Of a stretch of 64,000 nucleotides of DNA, positions 39,168 through 52,595 are shown in pieces. Position numbers and translations under genes: made by a program. Location of the stretch: the NCBI GenBank assembly GCA_951406725.2, contig OX597831.1, positions 64,542,001 through 64,606,000 on the forward strand, written 5' to 3'. The stretch's first letter is position 1. The number at the start of each line of letters is the position of its first letter. This DNA is from Octopus vulgaris. Lineage: Eukaryota. The notes under the pieces are model-generated. The model was given only the letters and a program-made list of their open reading frames with translations, did no database searches and was not told the DNA's origin.

Positions 39168-39640
39168 ATGATGGCTGCCCCCTCGTTATCGAGTATGGCC
39201 ATTGCACGAAGCTTAACTGTTACTGGTGCTGTGATCGAATGTGAGTTTTTAGCCCAGCCAAAGATCTACAATGTCTTGTACAGAATTGGCAACTAAAACC
39301 TTTACTGGTAATAGCAGCTGTAGTTGTAACTGGGCTTCATATACCTTTGCATGTCGTTTAAGTCCTCCTGCCAAATTACACTCTCTTCCACATGCCTGAC
39401 AGATATGATTAGTATGGTGTGTTACACCACCACCAGTAGCCAGGTCGTCACTCATCTGTCTTGCTTTATGACTACGAAGATGACTCTTGAGTCCAGCTTT
39501 ACTGCATACATACATACATACAATGTGCCCCGGGTGAGGAGCGAACTCACAACCTTCAGATTTCTCTGGTTTCATTTTAGATTACGAGATTTGGATATCA
39601 CTGATGGTGGTTATTAGTTTGGTAGCCTCCAGCATGTGAA
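39168..39640 (-). mobile_element. RTE-type LINE 3' fragment with tandem C2H2-like zinc fingers
   Basis: Reads VC..VCSKAGLKSHLRSH and CQACGRECNLAGGLKRH, then after a frameshift FSCQFCTRHCRSLAGLKTHIRSQHQ*. Short 3' UTR ending GGCAGCCATCAT. Confidence 0.65.
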
Positions 39641-42151
39641 TTAACTAGCAGTATGCCACAGCAGAATTGATACCAGTACTGGTTCCAAATAAAAAGCACC
39701 CAGTACACTCTGTGGAATGGCTGGCATTAGGAAGGGCTTCTTGCCATAGAAACCATGCTAGAACAGATAACGGAGCCTGGTGTGACCCCTGTCCTTACCA
39801 GCTCCAGTTAAACTCTCCAACCCATGCCAGCATGGAAAATGAACATTTGATGATGATGATGATGATGATATACTCTATAGGAATACTATACTGCTAGGTA
39901 AATGTTCCTATTTTATCATCAAGTCACAAAGATTAACATAATTGCAGTTGTTTAATGATATCAGGTATTCTTCAAAGCCAATCCCTCTTGCAAACATTAG
40001 CTACACATTATGCAGTGAAGAAACGTAATAAATGTTATCAGATGTTAACAATGGAAAGAGTTATCAGTTAAAGCTGTGTACCTTGCCCACCCCTCCTCAA
40101 GTCATAAGTACCTGTCGCAGTCTGTTGAAAATAATAAAAAGAACAAAGAAAAGTAAAAATAAGAATAACCCGAAGGAAAAGCATATACCTCCAAATCAGA
40201 CTAGGAAAATGTGTGAGGAGCTCATCTTCCTACATGATAAACTATGTTCCCAATTCTTTAAAAATAATGAAATGATAGAACTATTAAATGAACTGAAGGA
40301 TGAAGGGAGCAACAAATTTTTGAGTGAGGAAAATATGAGCTTTAATTTTGTGGAGCAGTTGGGTGATAGGCTGTTAGTCAAAACTACATGATTAGTCCAT
40401 GAATTACCTCTATGCAATTTCATAGTGTGTAAGGGATTTCTTTTCCTAGCATACTTGGATATTTCACTTTCAAGACACAGCAAGTGACCAATATTATGAG
40501 TCATTCTGACCAAACCTGTTTGGGTTTGGTCAGAATAACACACTGAAGAGTGAATTACCCTAAATGCTTTTTTTTATATATTTTTTAAAATTCATCATCA
40601 TCATCATTTAATGTCCATTTTCCATACTGCCATGGGTTGGATGGTTTGACTGAGGTCTGGAGAATCAGTGGCTGCACCAGGCTCCAATCTGATCTGGCAA
40701 TGTTTCTACAGTTGAATGCCCTTCCTAATGCCAACTTCTCCAAGAGTGTAGTGGGTGCTTTTTACATGCCACTGGCACAGGAGCCAGTTAGGTAGGACTG
40801 GCTTTAACCACGTTTGGGTAGTGCTTTTTACATGCCACCGACATGTGGTCCTGGCATTGATCACATTCGGATAGTGCTTTTTACATACCAGTAGCATGGG
40901 AGTCAGTCAGTGGGTACAGGCATCAGCCACGTTTGGATGGTGCTTTTTACGAGCCACTGGTACAGGAGCCAGTCAGGCGGGCCTGGCATTGACCACGTCT
41001 TGTTTTAATTATTGTGATTTCTTTATAATTTTATATGAGTTTATTAATTTTTAATACATTTATTGTAATAATGTCCTTACCCATCCTGTCTGTTTTATAT
41101 TTATAACGTTGTCTTATAGTAACCCAACATAGTTTGTAAGCCTCATGTTTTAAAGTTTGTGTGAATGAGCCCTTGGGGCTAATAAAGAACAAAGTATTAG
41201 AGTTAACAGGATTGTTAGAGCACTGGAAAAAATGCCTTGCAGTATTTATTCTGGCTTTTTACATTCTGCATTCAATTCCCTCTGAGATCAACTTTTCTTT
41301 TCTATCCCTTCGGAGTTGATAAAATTAGGTTCTACTCAAGTACTGGGACTAACTCTTGCTTATTTTATTCCATCATATAATTGTGTACCTTTATACAGTG
41401 TAAGAAAACATATTAACATTTTTTTTTTTTTTTTTTTTACTATTATAATTATTATTAGTGGATGGCAGAATTGGAAGAGCATTAAACAATACTTAGTGGT
41501 ATTTACTCATGTCCCTTTTGTATTCTGAGTTCTAAGCATGCTCAGTGTGCAAATTTGTGTTTTATCATTCTGAGATCCATAAAAATAGTATCAGTCGAGT
41601 ACCGAGATTGATATAATCAACCGTGCACTTGAAGATAAAGCCCAGGCGTGGCCATAGTCCAGTGACTGAAACCAGTAAAAGAATATCTTATTTGTACAGC
41701 TATATCCAATATTGATGATGTCCGCTTAGTGTAAACAACTCGAGCTGTTACTTAAGTACCTGACTTGGCATAAATATTGCTCTATCTACGAACATTATAA
41801 ATACACCTGATAGAAAGACCTGTTGAAATAGGTAACCTCTATGTTGTTGCTTAATCTACTTGAAGTAGCAAACATATTCCCTCATAGCACACCCTACAGT
41901 CCTGGTTCATTTGTACGTAGGAAAAAGGTAGATGGTCTTGGCTGGAGATCTTTAATCGTAAGCTTGCTTGATCAGAGCTGACTTAGGCTGAACAGCAACA
42001 ACCTAGTATAAGTCTTACAGCACATTTTGTAAAGTCCATTGCTAGGTTACCAAGCGTTAATAACTGTTGCCTATTTCCATAAAAATGTATGGAATCATAC
42101 TGTGACATATACTAAAGCTGTTTCAGATTTCTAGTGTATGTACCCACTCCC

Positions 42152-42188
<37 letters not shown>

Positions 42189-42769
42189 TCTGCTTCAAAA
42201 TACATCCCACCCTTAGCCTTGTCTTAAATGTCAAAACAGAAATAACATCAAAACTGGGGAGTCTCTGATGTTTGAAACTCAACTGAAATAATATCTTGCT
42301 GTCTCTGGAGACTCTGGATTGGAGATAGAATCCCTTTCAAAAGGTTACCATCATCATCAGCAGCAGCAATAGCAGCAGTCGTTGTTTGTCATTGTTACTA
42401 TTATTATTATTAATTATTACTAACAGCATTACAGCAATGCTATCAGCTGCATTATCATTATTAATTAAATGTATATAATGAGATTATTGTGCACAGTGCT
42501 CAGGTGCACTACATCAATAATGAATATTATAATTAATAATTAAAAAAGAATTTTTAGAAATAAGGGCAGTGGATTGGTAGAATTGTAGTGTGTCGGACAA
42601 AATGCCTTTGGTATGCTGTGCACTTTGTTCCAAGTTCAAATCCAGGTCAGCTGTACCGTTCATTCCTCTGGGGTGAATAAAATAAAGTACCAGTCAAGTA
42701 GTGGTATTGACTTAACAGACAATATCTCCTTCAAAATTTATATCCTTGTACCCTGTACAAGAAATTATT

Positions 42770-43345
42770 ATCCTCATTGAAGATCGCCCTGTCGCCTTCT
42801 TTTTAACCAGGAAGGGCAGACTGTCCTTATGTGCCCTAGTGGCCATGGTGAAAGTGGTTGTATGGTGGATGAGATTAAAGGTGCTGAAGGCAAACACTTT
42901 TCTCTTTGGCCAATCCCTGATCAACTTCTTCAAGTTTCACTTGAAAAGGAAAATAAGGGTAGAGAGGGAAGTGTTGCCTTCTAGCCAGTTTGCTGGAAGG
43001 TGGATGAGCGTGAGGAGAATGGTGTGAGTGAACGGGCCTACTCTGAGCATGTCTGTAATCAGAAGAGGAAATGATAAAAGGCACCTGTCCCAGAAGCCAA
43101 GGCACTCATGGTTTTATGGGGTTTTTCCCAGAGCAGCCCTCAAATGTATTCTTCCTATTGAGAAAAAACGAAATTGTTAAAATTGTTTTTGTTTTTCTTT
43201 ATGTTAAACCTGTTTATATGCAAAACCCTCACAGCAACACACACACACACACACACACACTCATTCTTTGTTTTGTCTTGTACTGTCCATAATGCTGTTT
43301 TCTCAGTGTAAACCCTTGGTGGGCAATAAAAAATTATTATTATAA
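42770..43345 (+). mobile_element. 3' fragment of the L1/Tx1-type LINE, including 3' UTR and AATAAA
   Basis: Homologous to ~51000-51430 (LVAMVKVVVWWMRLK...FHLKRKIRVE...WM.V.RMV); then (CA)n, CCCTTGGTGGGCAATAAA and an (ATT)-rich tail. Confidence 0.85.
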
Positions 43346-43356
43346 TTATCATAATT

Positions 43357-44228
43357 AAGGTGGCGAGCTAGTAGAATAGTTAGCACGCTGGATGAAATGC
43401 TTAGTAGTATTTCACCTGTCTCTGTGTTCTGGGTTCAAATTCTGCCAAGGTCGACTTTCCCTTTCATCCTTTCGGGGTCGATGAAATAAGTACCAGTTAA
43501 GTACTGGGGTTGATGTTACTGACTATCACCCTCCCCAAATTTCAGTCCTTGTGCCTTTAGTAGAAAGTATTATTATTACTATTAAGGTGGCAATCTGGCA
43601 GAATCGTTAGCACACCAAGCAAAATACTTAGCTGTATTTCACCCATCTTTATGTTCTGAGTTCAAATTCTGTTGTGGTTGACTTTGCCTTTCATCCTTTC
43701 AGGGTCGATAAATTAAGCACCTGTCAAGTATTGGGGTCATGATCGACTTGCCCCTCCCCCCAAATTTCAGGCTTTGTGCCTACAGTAGAAAGGATTATTA
43801 TTATTAAAGTGACAAGCTGGCAGAGTCATTAGCATGCTGGGTAAAATGTTTAGCGGTATTTCGCCCGTCACTTCGTTCCCAGTTCAAATTCCACCGAGGT
43901 CAACTTTGCCTTTCATCCTTTTGGGGTCAATAAATTAAGTACCAGTGAAACACTGGCCTTGATGTAGTTGGCTAGTATCCCTCCCCATTTCAAGCCTTGT
44001 GCCGTTAATAGAAAGGATTATTATTATTATTATTAGGCAGCAAGCTGACAGAATCATTAGAATTCTTAGCAGCATTTTGTCTGTCTTTACATTCTGAGTT
44101 CAAATTCTGCCAAGGTTGACTTTGCCTTTCATCCTTTTAGGGTCATTAAAATAAGTACCAGTTGAGCACTGGGGTTGATGTAATCAACTTGTCCCCTCCC
44201 CTGAAACTGCTGGCCATCATCATCATCA

Positions 44229-44272
<44 letters not shown>

Positions 44273-45075
44273 AGGCAGCGAGCTGGCAGAATTGTTAGTG
44301 CGGCAGGTGAAATGCTTAGTGGTATTTTGTCTGCCGTTACGTTCTGAGTTCAAATTCCGCCGAGGTCGACTTTGCTTTTCATCCTTTCGAAGTCGATAAA
44401 TAAAGTACCAGTTACGCACTGGGGTCAATGTAATCGACTTAATCCGTTTGTCTGTCTTTGTTTGTCCCCTCTGTGTTTAGCCCTTTGTGGGTAGTAAAGA
44501 AATAGGTATTTTGTCTTTATATTATGTTCCGAGTTCAAATTCCATCAGGGTTAATAAATTAAGTACCTGTGAAACACTGGGGTTGATGCATTCAACTAGT
44601 CCCCTCCCACAAAATTTCACCCCTTGTGCCTGTAGTAGAAAGGATTAATTATTATTATAGTTGTGACTTTGCAGAATGATGAGAGTATTGGAGAAAATGT
44701 TTTGTGAATGTTGCCAAGGTGAATTTTGCCTTTCTCTTTCTGGGGTCATTGAAATAAAGTACCCATCAGTCACTGTGGTCAATACAATGGACTGTTCCCT
44801 TTCCCCAAGTTTGAACAACTGTGTGGTTGTATTAGAAAATATTTTTATTATTAGCATTATATTTTAAGGTGGCTGGATGGCAGAATCATTATATCATGCC
44901 AGGTAAAATGCTTAAGTAGCATTTCATTTGTCTTTACATTCTGGGTTCAAAAGCTACCATGGTTAACTTTGCCTTTCATCCTTTTGGGGCTCATAAGTGC
45001 TGGGGTCAATGTAATCGACTTGCCTCCTCCCTCAAAATTTCAGACCTTGTGCCTACAGTAAAAAGGATTAATATT
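43357..45075 (+). mobile_element. Head-to-tail array of about 8 diverged family B-related SINEs separated by (ATT)n
   Basis: Heads TAAGG(T/C)(G/A)GC.A.CTGGCAGAAT at ~43357, 43583, 43805, 44033, 44271, ~44660 and 44865; tails CCTTGTGCC..TAGAAAGGATTATT. Confidence 0.85.
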
Positions 45076-45099
45076 ATATACATTGTTATTGCTGTTATT

Positions 45100-45526
45100 A
45101 GATCTTTTCGCTTTGACCGGCAGATTTTAAAAATAATTTCTAGGTAACTAAACACTTTTAAACTTCGTATACTGGTAGAATGTGTTTATAAAACATCTTT
45201 TTCTCTTGGCTTTCTTGAGAAAATTCTATAGTTTGTAAGATATTTGTAAGATATTTTCTTCAATTTCTGCAATTTCAACCAATCAATGACGTCTATCGAG
45301 GGGAAAACATTCTGTGCCATATGAAAATGTCCCTCGTTTAAGAAACAGATTGGGTTTATTTACATTTCTGAAGAAAAGAAGATACCCTTCCCCCCACCCC
45401 TAACCCTAACCTTAAAACAGATTGAAATGCAATAGATCGATACTAGGGTCATAATTATGGGTGACAATTTCATATGACACCGCTAGAAATTATTTTAAAA
45501 ATCTGCCGCTCAAAGCGAAAAGATCC
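45100..45526 (+). mobile_element. GGATC-terminal telomeric-repeat MITE, copy 3 (extended TIRs)
   Basis: TSD CTGTTATT on both sides; TIRs about 43 bp. Confidence 0.9.
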
Positions 45527-48329
45527 CTGTTATTATCCACATTGTCACTGACATCCTCCTTGGAAACCTTATCGGTAGCATCCTTTTTGGAGAGGCATGG
45601 ATGGAGATGTGAACTGACAGTGTTGTTGTTCTCTGTTTCTCTAGTGGTCAGATCCCGATCAGATCAACATTGTCTTTCATCAAGTAGCAGGAGTAGATTC
45701 TATCAACCATAAAATACTCCTTCCTTACAAATTTGTGTTATAGTCATTATAAATACAATGGGATCTCTATATACAAACATAATCTTTTTCCGGAGCTCTG
45801 TTTGTTAGCCAAATTGTTTGTTACGTAAGTAATTGAAATAGATATAAATAGGAGTAATCTGTTGCAAGCCACACCCAAACACCACGTAAAGGCATGAAAT
45901 GGCGTTTATTTGCCCATCTGTCAACAACAAATGTGTGTGTGTGTGTGCGAGTGTGTGCTTCCTTTGTCTTCTGTGGATTCGTGGTTATGTTTTAAAAAAA
46001 AAAATGTGAAATATTATTTTCTATCTCCTTTACTCTTTTACTTGTTTTAGTCATTTGACTGTGGCCATGCTGGAGCACCACCTTTTAAAATATGAAAATT
46101 TGTAAGCCACATGAAATGTATATGTGGACATTAATGAATCATTATCTTTTAACTTGTTTAAGTCATTAGACTGTGGCCATGCTGGGGCACTGGCCTTGAA
46201 TTCTTTTTTTTTTAAAAGCCTGGTACTTATGCTGAATTGTTATGTTACTGTGACATAAAGACTCATGCACATATATTCTTTTACTTGTTTCAGTCATTTG
46301 ATTGTGGCCATGCTGGGGCACCGCCTTTAGTCAAACAAATCGACCCCAGAACTTATTCTTTGTAAGCCTAGTACTTATTCTGTTGGTCTTTTGCTGAACT
46401 GCTAAGTTACAGGGACTTAAACACACCAACATCGGTTGTCATGTGATGGAGGTGGGGACAAATGCAGACACATACAAAAATATATACATATATATATGTT
46501 GGGCTTCTTTCAGTTTCCATTTACCAAATCCACTTACAAGGCTTTGGTCGGCCCAAAGCTATAGTAGATAATACTTGCCCAAGATGCCACACAGTGGGAC
46601 TGAACCCAGAACCATGTGGTTGGGAATAAAGCTTCTTACCTCACAGTCACTCGTGTATATATACAATGGGCTTCTTTCAGTTTCTGTCTACCAAATCCAC
46701 TCACAAGGCTTTGGTTAGTCTGAGGCTGTAGTAGAAGACACTTGTCCAAGGTGCCATGCAATGGAACTGAACCCAGCCACTTATATATACATGCATAGTC
46801 TATGCATGGTTTGTTGCAAATTTCATAAAAAAAACTGTTCATTAAATAATTCATTCATTTAGTGTACCGTTTATATATTCAATCCCAGCACTTTTGCATG
46901 TGCACAGCCTACTCATGGTTTGCTTAAATTTGCCTGTGATTTGTTGTTCAAATTTCAATTTACTAGGTGAATGGGCTCTTAATGTTTGGTATGAACCACC
47001 AAGCTAATCTTCAAATTTTTCCTATGCTTTGGAGTTAAGAGAGGACATAGAGACTTGTTTTGGTTTTTGCATATCCATGATCACGTTTCAGTGATTGTCT
47101 CTGTCTTTTGAAGACCATATTTATTAGTTTCAATATTGAACATGTATACCTGCATAGTCTATTTAAAAATCTGTTTTAGAATAAAAAATAGTATTAAAAT
47201 ACATCTAAAACAAGAGAGAAGTAATTTTTAGAGTAATTAATTATGTATGTTTGTATGTACAGGTGTGTGTGGGGTAGGTAACAATTTTGTGGTCATTTGA
47301 ATTTTGCTGTATTATTTCACCCCAGAATATATTTTTGTTAGTGTACTTTAAAGATTGTATTTGTACTGCCCTACTTTCAAAATAAGCTATCATTATCATT
47401 GAGGCAGTGAATTGGCAGAGTCATTAACATGCCAGACAAATTGTATAGCAGCATTTTGTCCATCTTTATATTCTGATTCAAATGCTGCCAACGTCAAGAT
47501 TGCCTTTCATCCCTTTGGATGAGCACTGGGGTCGATATAATCAACTATCCCTCCCTCTCTCACAAAATTTCGGGCCTTGACAGCCACTGCATTGACACCA
47601 CCACCTCTAACATCTGAAACACAAGCCATTCCACAATGACCATCACCACAACAACAACAAACACAAAGTAAAAAGACTAGCTTTACAAACTACATGGCAA
47701 TAGGCACAAAATACAAGGAATTAATGAAGTACATGATAATACACATCAGCATAATATCAGAAGATTTTGTCACACCCCCAATCTCCCCACCTGCACACAT
47801 ACAAATTGTTCAAACAATAAAAAAACATGCACACACTTAATAACCCAATTTCCACGGGAAATCGGAGATTTTTGAGGGAATTTCAACAAGAGGCGCAGGA
47901 GTGGCTGTGTGGTAAGTAGCTTGCTTACAAACCACATGGTCCCGGTTCAGTCCCACTGTGTGGCACCTTCGGCAAGTGTCTTCTACTATAGCCTCGGGCC
48001 GACCAAAGCCTTGTGAGTGGATTTGGTAGATGGAAACTGAAAGAAGCCTGTCGTATATATGTATATATATATATGTATGTGTGTGTGTGTGTTTGCGTGT
48101 CTGTGTTTGTCCCCCCCAACATCACTTGACAACCAATGGTGTGTTTGCGTTCCTGTAACTTAGCGGTTCGGCAAAAGAGACCGATAGAATAAGTACTAGG
48201 CTTACAAAGAATAAGTCCTGGGGTCGATTTGCTCGACTAAAGGCGGTGCTCCAGCATGGCCACAGTCAAATGACTGAAACAAGTAAAAGAGTATGATTTG
48301 CTGCTGGAAGCACCCCAAGCCAACAGGAA

Positions 48330-51300
48330 GGACGGACAATCCACCCCTCCAAACAAAACCAAGTTTCCTTTTTCTATTCTTTCTCCAACAACATGGTAAT
48401 GCACAGAATAGGCAGCGAGAACATATGTGGTCTGGGATTGCCTTGGAGCAGGGTCACCTGCTCAATGACCTCAGAGCACTGAATGTCGACATGGTGGCCA
48501 TTAGCGAAACCGAAATTTCCGACTCACGGGACACATTTTTTAGTGACTGAGGTGTACGCATCTCCAAGTTGTCTGGAAGTGGGAGGCAGAGTCACCATAA
48601 TGGTTCAGAAAATTCTGGATCTTGCAATATGGATGATCTTCTGGATCTGGAAAGTAAGTCAGTGGTCCTGGATGTAACAGGCAGCGAAGGACATACTTTC
48701 GGGTTAGTTGCTGTCTATGCCCCAAAGGGGGCAGGATGACCTGATTTTTTTCAGACATCTAAAAACTTCCTGGGAATGTCCCACTCTTTAGTGTTAGTGG
48801 GGGATTGGAATGGAGTTTGAGATGTGTGGGGTTAGCAGAAAGGAGAGGAGGGTGCAAAAGCCTCACAGACCTGTTCAGACGATTCCAACTGTCTGACAGG
48901 TATCAACTGGATTTCCCTGATGTGCCAGTGTGGACTTGGTCAAACTGCATCAGGTCATCCAGAGCATATCTAGATAGGGTATTCTGTAGGGTAGCAGATA
49001 AGAATAGCATAGGTTGTCCACAGTTTAAAGTAGTCGACTACACAGACCTCAAATTCGTGATCTGTACCGTCAACTTAGGCATCATAGACATGGAACTAGT
49101 TACTGGAAGCTGAACATGTCATTGTGGGCACGTAAAGATTTCAGAGACTGGGATTAGTGAACTAGTTAAGAGATTGTTGATAATAAATGGTGGTTTGCCC
49201 TTAAAAGGTAAATTAGAGTAGAATTGACAAGGTTTAGCAAAGGACTAGCGGTAGAAAGAAACAGAGTAGAGGCAGAGCTTGTCAAAATGTTAGATGAAGC
49301 TTTTAGAAAAGGCATTGCAGCTGATGTACTCACAGCCAGAGTGGCACTCAACCGACTCTTCAACATGAAACATGAAGGTTATGTTGTCAGAGCTATAGCA
49401 TGAGCACTTAGACATGAAGGGAAAAAGCCGTTGAACGGGCTTGAGTGACAGAGGCACGGCGTGGCAATAAATCCATGATTCAATCCTTGCCGGACCACAA
49501 CAGGCAAATGATAATTGATCTAAGACAGATTTGTGTAGCCTTTCAGCAGCACTTTGCTCAACTGTTTGGGAGAAGCAGTGAACCAAGTTACAGGATGGAT
49601 TTTACATCCCACCTCAACAGGCTGCTGCGGCTCTTGGTGAGGGAAGTGGAGCAGTGCGAAAGGCTGATAACAGCCTTTGAAATACAGGAAGGAATGGCTA
49701 GCTGCACAAGGGTAAATCACCTGATTTGGATGGTTTGCCCTACGAGCTTTACGCTTACATGCCAAACTTGTTTGGTGACCTCTTAGCAAACATTTATTGC
49801 AACTGGCAACAGAATGGGAGAATTTCCAGTTTTGTGAAACAAGGAGTGGTAGCATTGTTGAGAAAAGATCCAAACAAAGGAGATTCTATTGACAACTTTA
49901 GGCCTGCACTCTGTTGAGTGCACAGTTCAAAATGTTGGCCATTGTGTTAGCTATGGGATTAGTGCTTGTTGTTGGGGATGTGGTATGGGAGGCACAGACA
50001 TGCGTCATCCTCATATGATACATCATTGTATCCACCTCATGTGATACATCAGTGGCTAGAAAACCTGGCACGGGTGGGGCCCCGATCAATTTAGATCAGT
50101 CTGAAGCTTTTGATAGGGTTGACTATCTATACCTGACAGTGCCACTACTACACAAACAGGAGGCATCCTGCATGACCTGGGATGTGATGTATGTTGACAT
50201 ATGCCAACGTCACCATAGCAGTGTTGGATCATAAACACATGCTCTCAGAGACTATGAGGCAGTTTCAGGAGTGACAATTAACCAGGAAAAATTAATGGGC
50301 TTGCAACTTGGCACCTGGAGAAGCAAGTCCATGTTGTCCAACTGTGTCGTTGGGCGCAGGATGGACGGACTGGTTAAATTGCTTGGGGTCTGGTTTGATC
50401 CAGACCTCCAGATGGACAAATATTGGTCAGAATGATTACCTCTCACCCTGAAATGGGCTGAGAGGAAGCTATCCCTGAAAGGTCAGGCAGAGATTGTTAA
50501 CAGGTGTGGTCGCCATTCGCCAGAACATATTTCCGCAGCTAGTTTCTTTAACGGTGCTGCAGTCCTGGGTAAAACAGAGACTGAGAGGGAGCATTTGGAA
50601 AGTGGAATACCTTCAAGTGCTTGCAGCCCTCAGCCAATTGGACATCCACTTTAGCTTTTTATAATGGATTAGTGGAGGGAAAGTGTGACGATGTTCTTGG
50701 GGAGATGTTGGGTGTTGAAGAAGATCAGCTAGCTGCTATTTTCCAGAGATCTTTTGGCCCAGAACCGATAGATAATTTCCAAAAATCTCTGGCCTGGCAG
50801 TGCTACCAAGGAGCTTTACCTGTTTGAGATAAACTTTACAGGCACTGAAGTGCCATCAGTTGAGCATATCCAAGATGCACACAGGACAATGAGATGGTCC
50901 AGCATGCACTCATTCAGTGCTTGAGCATTACTGACCTGTGGGTTTATGTCAAACACCTGCTGTTATGTATAGGACAGATCCAGCTGTCAACTGAATCTAT
51001 CGTGAAAATCATTCTGCCACCTTCTTTTAACTGAGGCTGTGTTTTTTTGCCTGGTGGCCATGGCAAAAGAGGTTGTATGGTGGATGAGATTGAAGGGGCT
51101 GAAGCCAAACACTTTTCTCTTCAGCCAATCCCTGATCAACTTCAAGTTTCACTTGAAAAGGAGAATAAGGGTAGAAGGGGAAGTGTTGTCTTCTAGCCAG
51201 TTTGCTGAAAGGTGGATGGAAGTGGCAAGAATGGTATGAATGAATGGGCCTGCCCTGAGCATACACCTGTAATTGGAAAAAAAAAAGAAATGGATAAAAG

Positions 51301-51430
51301 GCACCTGTTAAAAGTCAAAAGTACCTATGGTTTTTTTTGGGCATTTCCATGAGCATGTTTCCTCCCTATTGAGGATCACAGATTGTTGATTTTTAAAAAT
51401 TTTGTTTGTCTTGTTTACATGCAAAACTCA
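48330..51430 (+). mobile_element. Decayed L1/Tx1-clade LINE ORF2 (APE endonuclease plus reverse transcriptase)
   Basis: Broken frames carry VDMVAISET, LVAVYAP, LVGDWN, WTWSN..AYLDRVFC, YWKLN, DGLPYELY, LLRKDPNKGDSIDNFRP, LDQSEAFDRVD, YVDI (degenerate YADD) and KLLGVWF. Many stops and deletions; followed by a CA-rich tract at 51425-51565. Confidence 0.9.
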
Positions 51431-51916
51431 CACACATACACACTCACTCACACACATACACACTCACTCACACACATACACACTCACTCACACACATGCA
51501 CTCACACACACATGCACTCACACACACATGCACTCACACACACACGCACTCACACACACACATGCATTATAGATGCAATATGCCTTGATTACCACACTAC
51601 ACCATCTCTATAATTAACACTTCACAAATGTGTACTGCACACACCTGGAACTGGAAGCATGTCTTGCAGCAGTTTAGAATACTTAATGGTAGTGATTTCA
51701 GAACCTAATGAGTGTAGAGGTATTACTAATGACATTAATATGTAATTTATAATTCATTGAAGGATATTTCAGCTGAACAGAGCCCACCCCTCTCTGATAT
51801 GTGTGGAATTTTAATTTCCACTTTAAACAAGATCCCGTTGATTTTTGTTGATAGTGGTGAGGTAATCCTTACCTCCAGTAGTTCCATAGAGCCAAGTGGA
51901 TTGAGTTTCGCTTAAC

Positions 51917-52595
51917 CAGTGTTTCTTAACCATTTTTTTTTTTTGCCTATGGACCTCTTTGATTTCTATTTTACTCTACTGGACCCTAATAATGTTTTTA
52001 AAAGTCTCATATTTTTATAATTAGATATTATTAGGAATTGTATTAAAAAAAAAAAATTGTGAAAATATTTTGTGTATTGTAGAAGTATAACTAATTTATT
52101 ACTCTTTTACTCTCTTTACTTGTTTCAGTCATGTGACTGTGGCCATGCTAGAGCACCGCCTTTGGTCGAGCAAATCGACCCCAGGACTTATTCTTTGTAA
52201 GCCTAGTACTTATTCTATCGGTCTCTTTTGCCGAACCACTAAGTTACGGGGATGTAAACACACCAGCATCGGTTGTTAAGTGATGTTGGGTGGGACAAAC
52301 ACAGACACACAAACATACACACACATACATACATATATATATATACACATATATACGATGGGCTTCTTTCAGTTTCCGTCTACCAAATCCACTCACAAGG
52401 CTTTGGTCGGCCCGAGGCTATAGTAGAAGACACTTGCCCAAGGTGCCATGCAGTGGGACTGAACCCGGAACCAAGTGGTTCGTAAGCAAGCTACTTACCA
52501 CACAGCCACTCCTATGCCTATTGCACAAGTTTTAACAGCAAAATCTTACATAGACCCCCCACCCAGATCATATGGACCCCTGTTGAGAACCTCTG
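51917..52595. mobile_element. hAT-like MITE interrupted by a family A SINE
   Basis: Termini CAGTGTTTCTTAACC / TGTTGAGAACCTCTG with internal ATGGACC(C/T)C motifs. No clear TSD. Confidence 0.55.
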
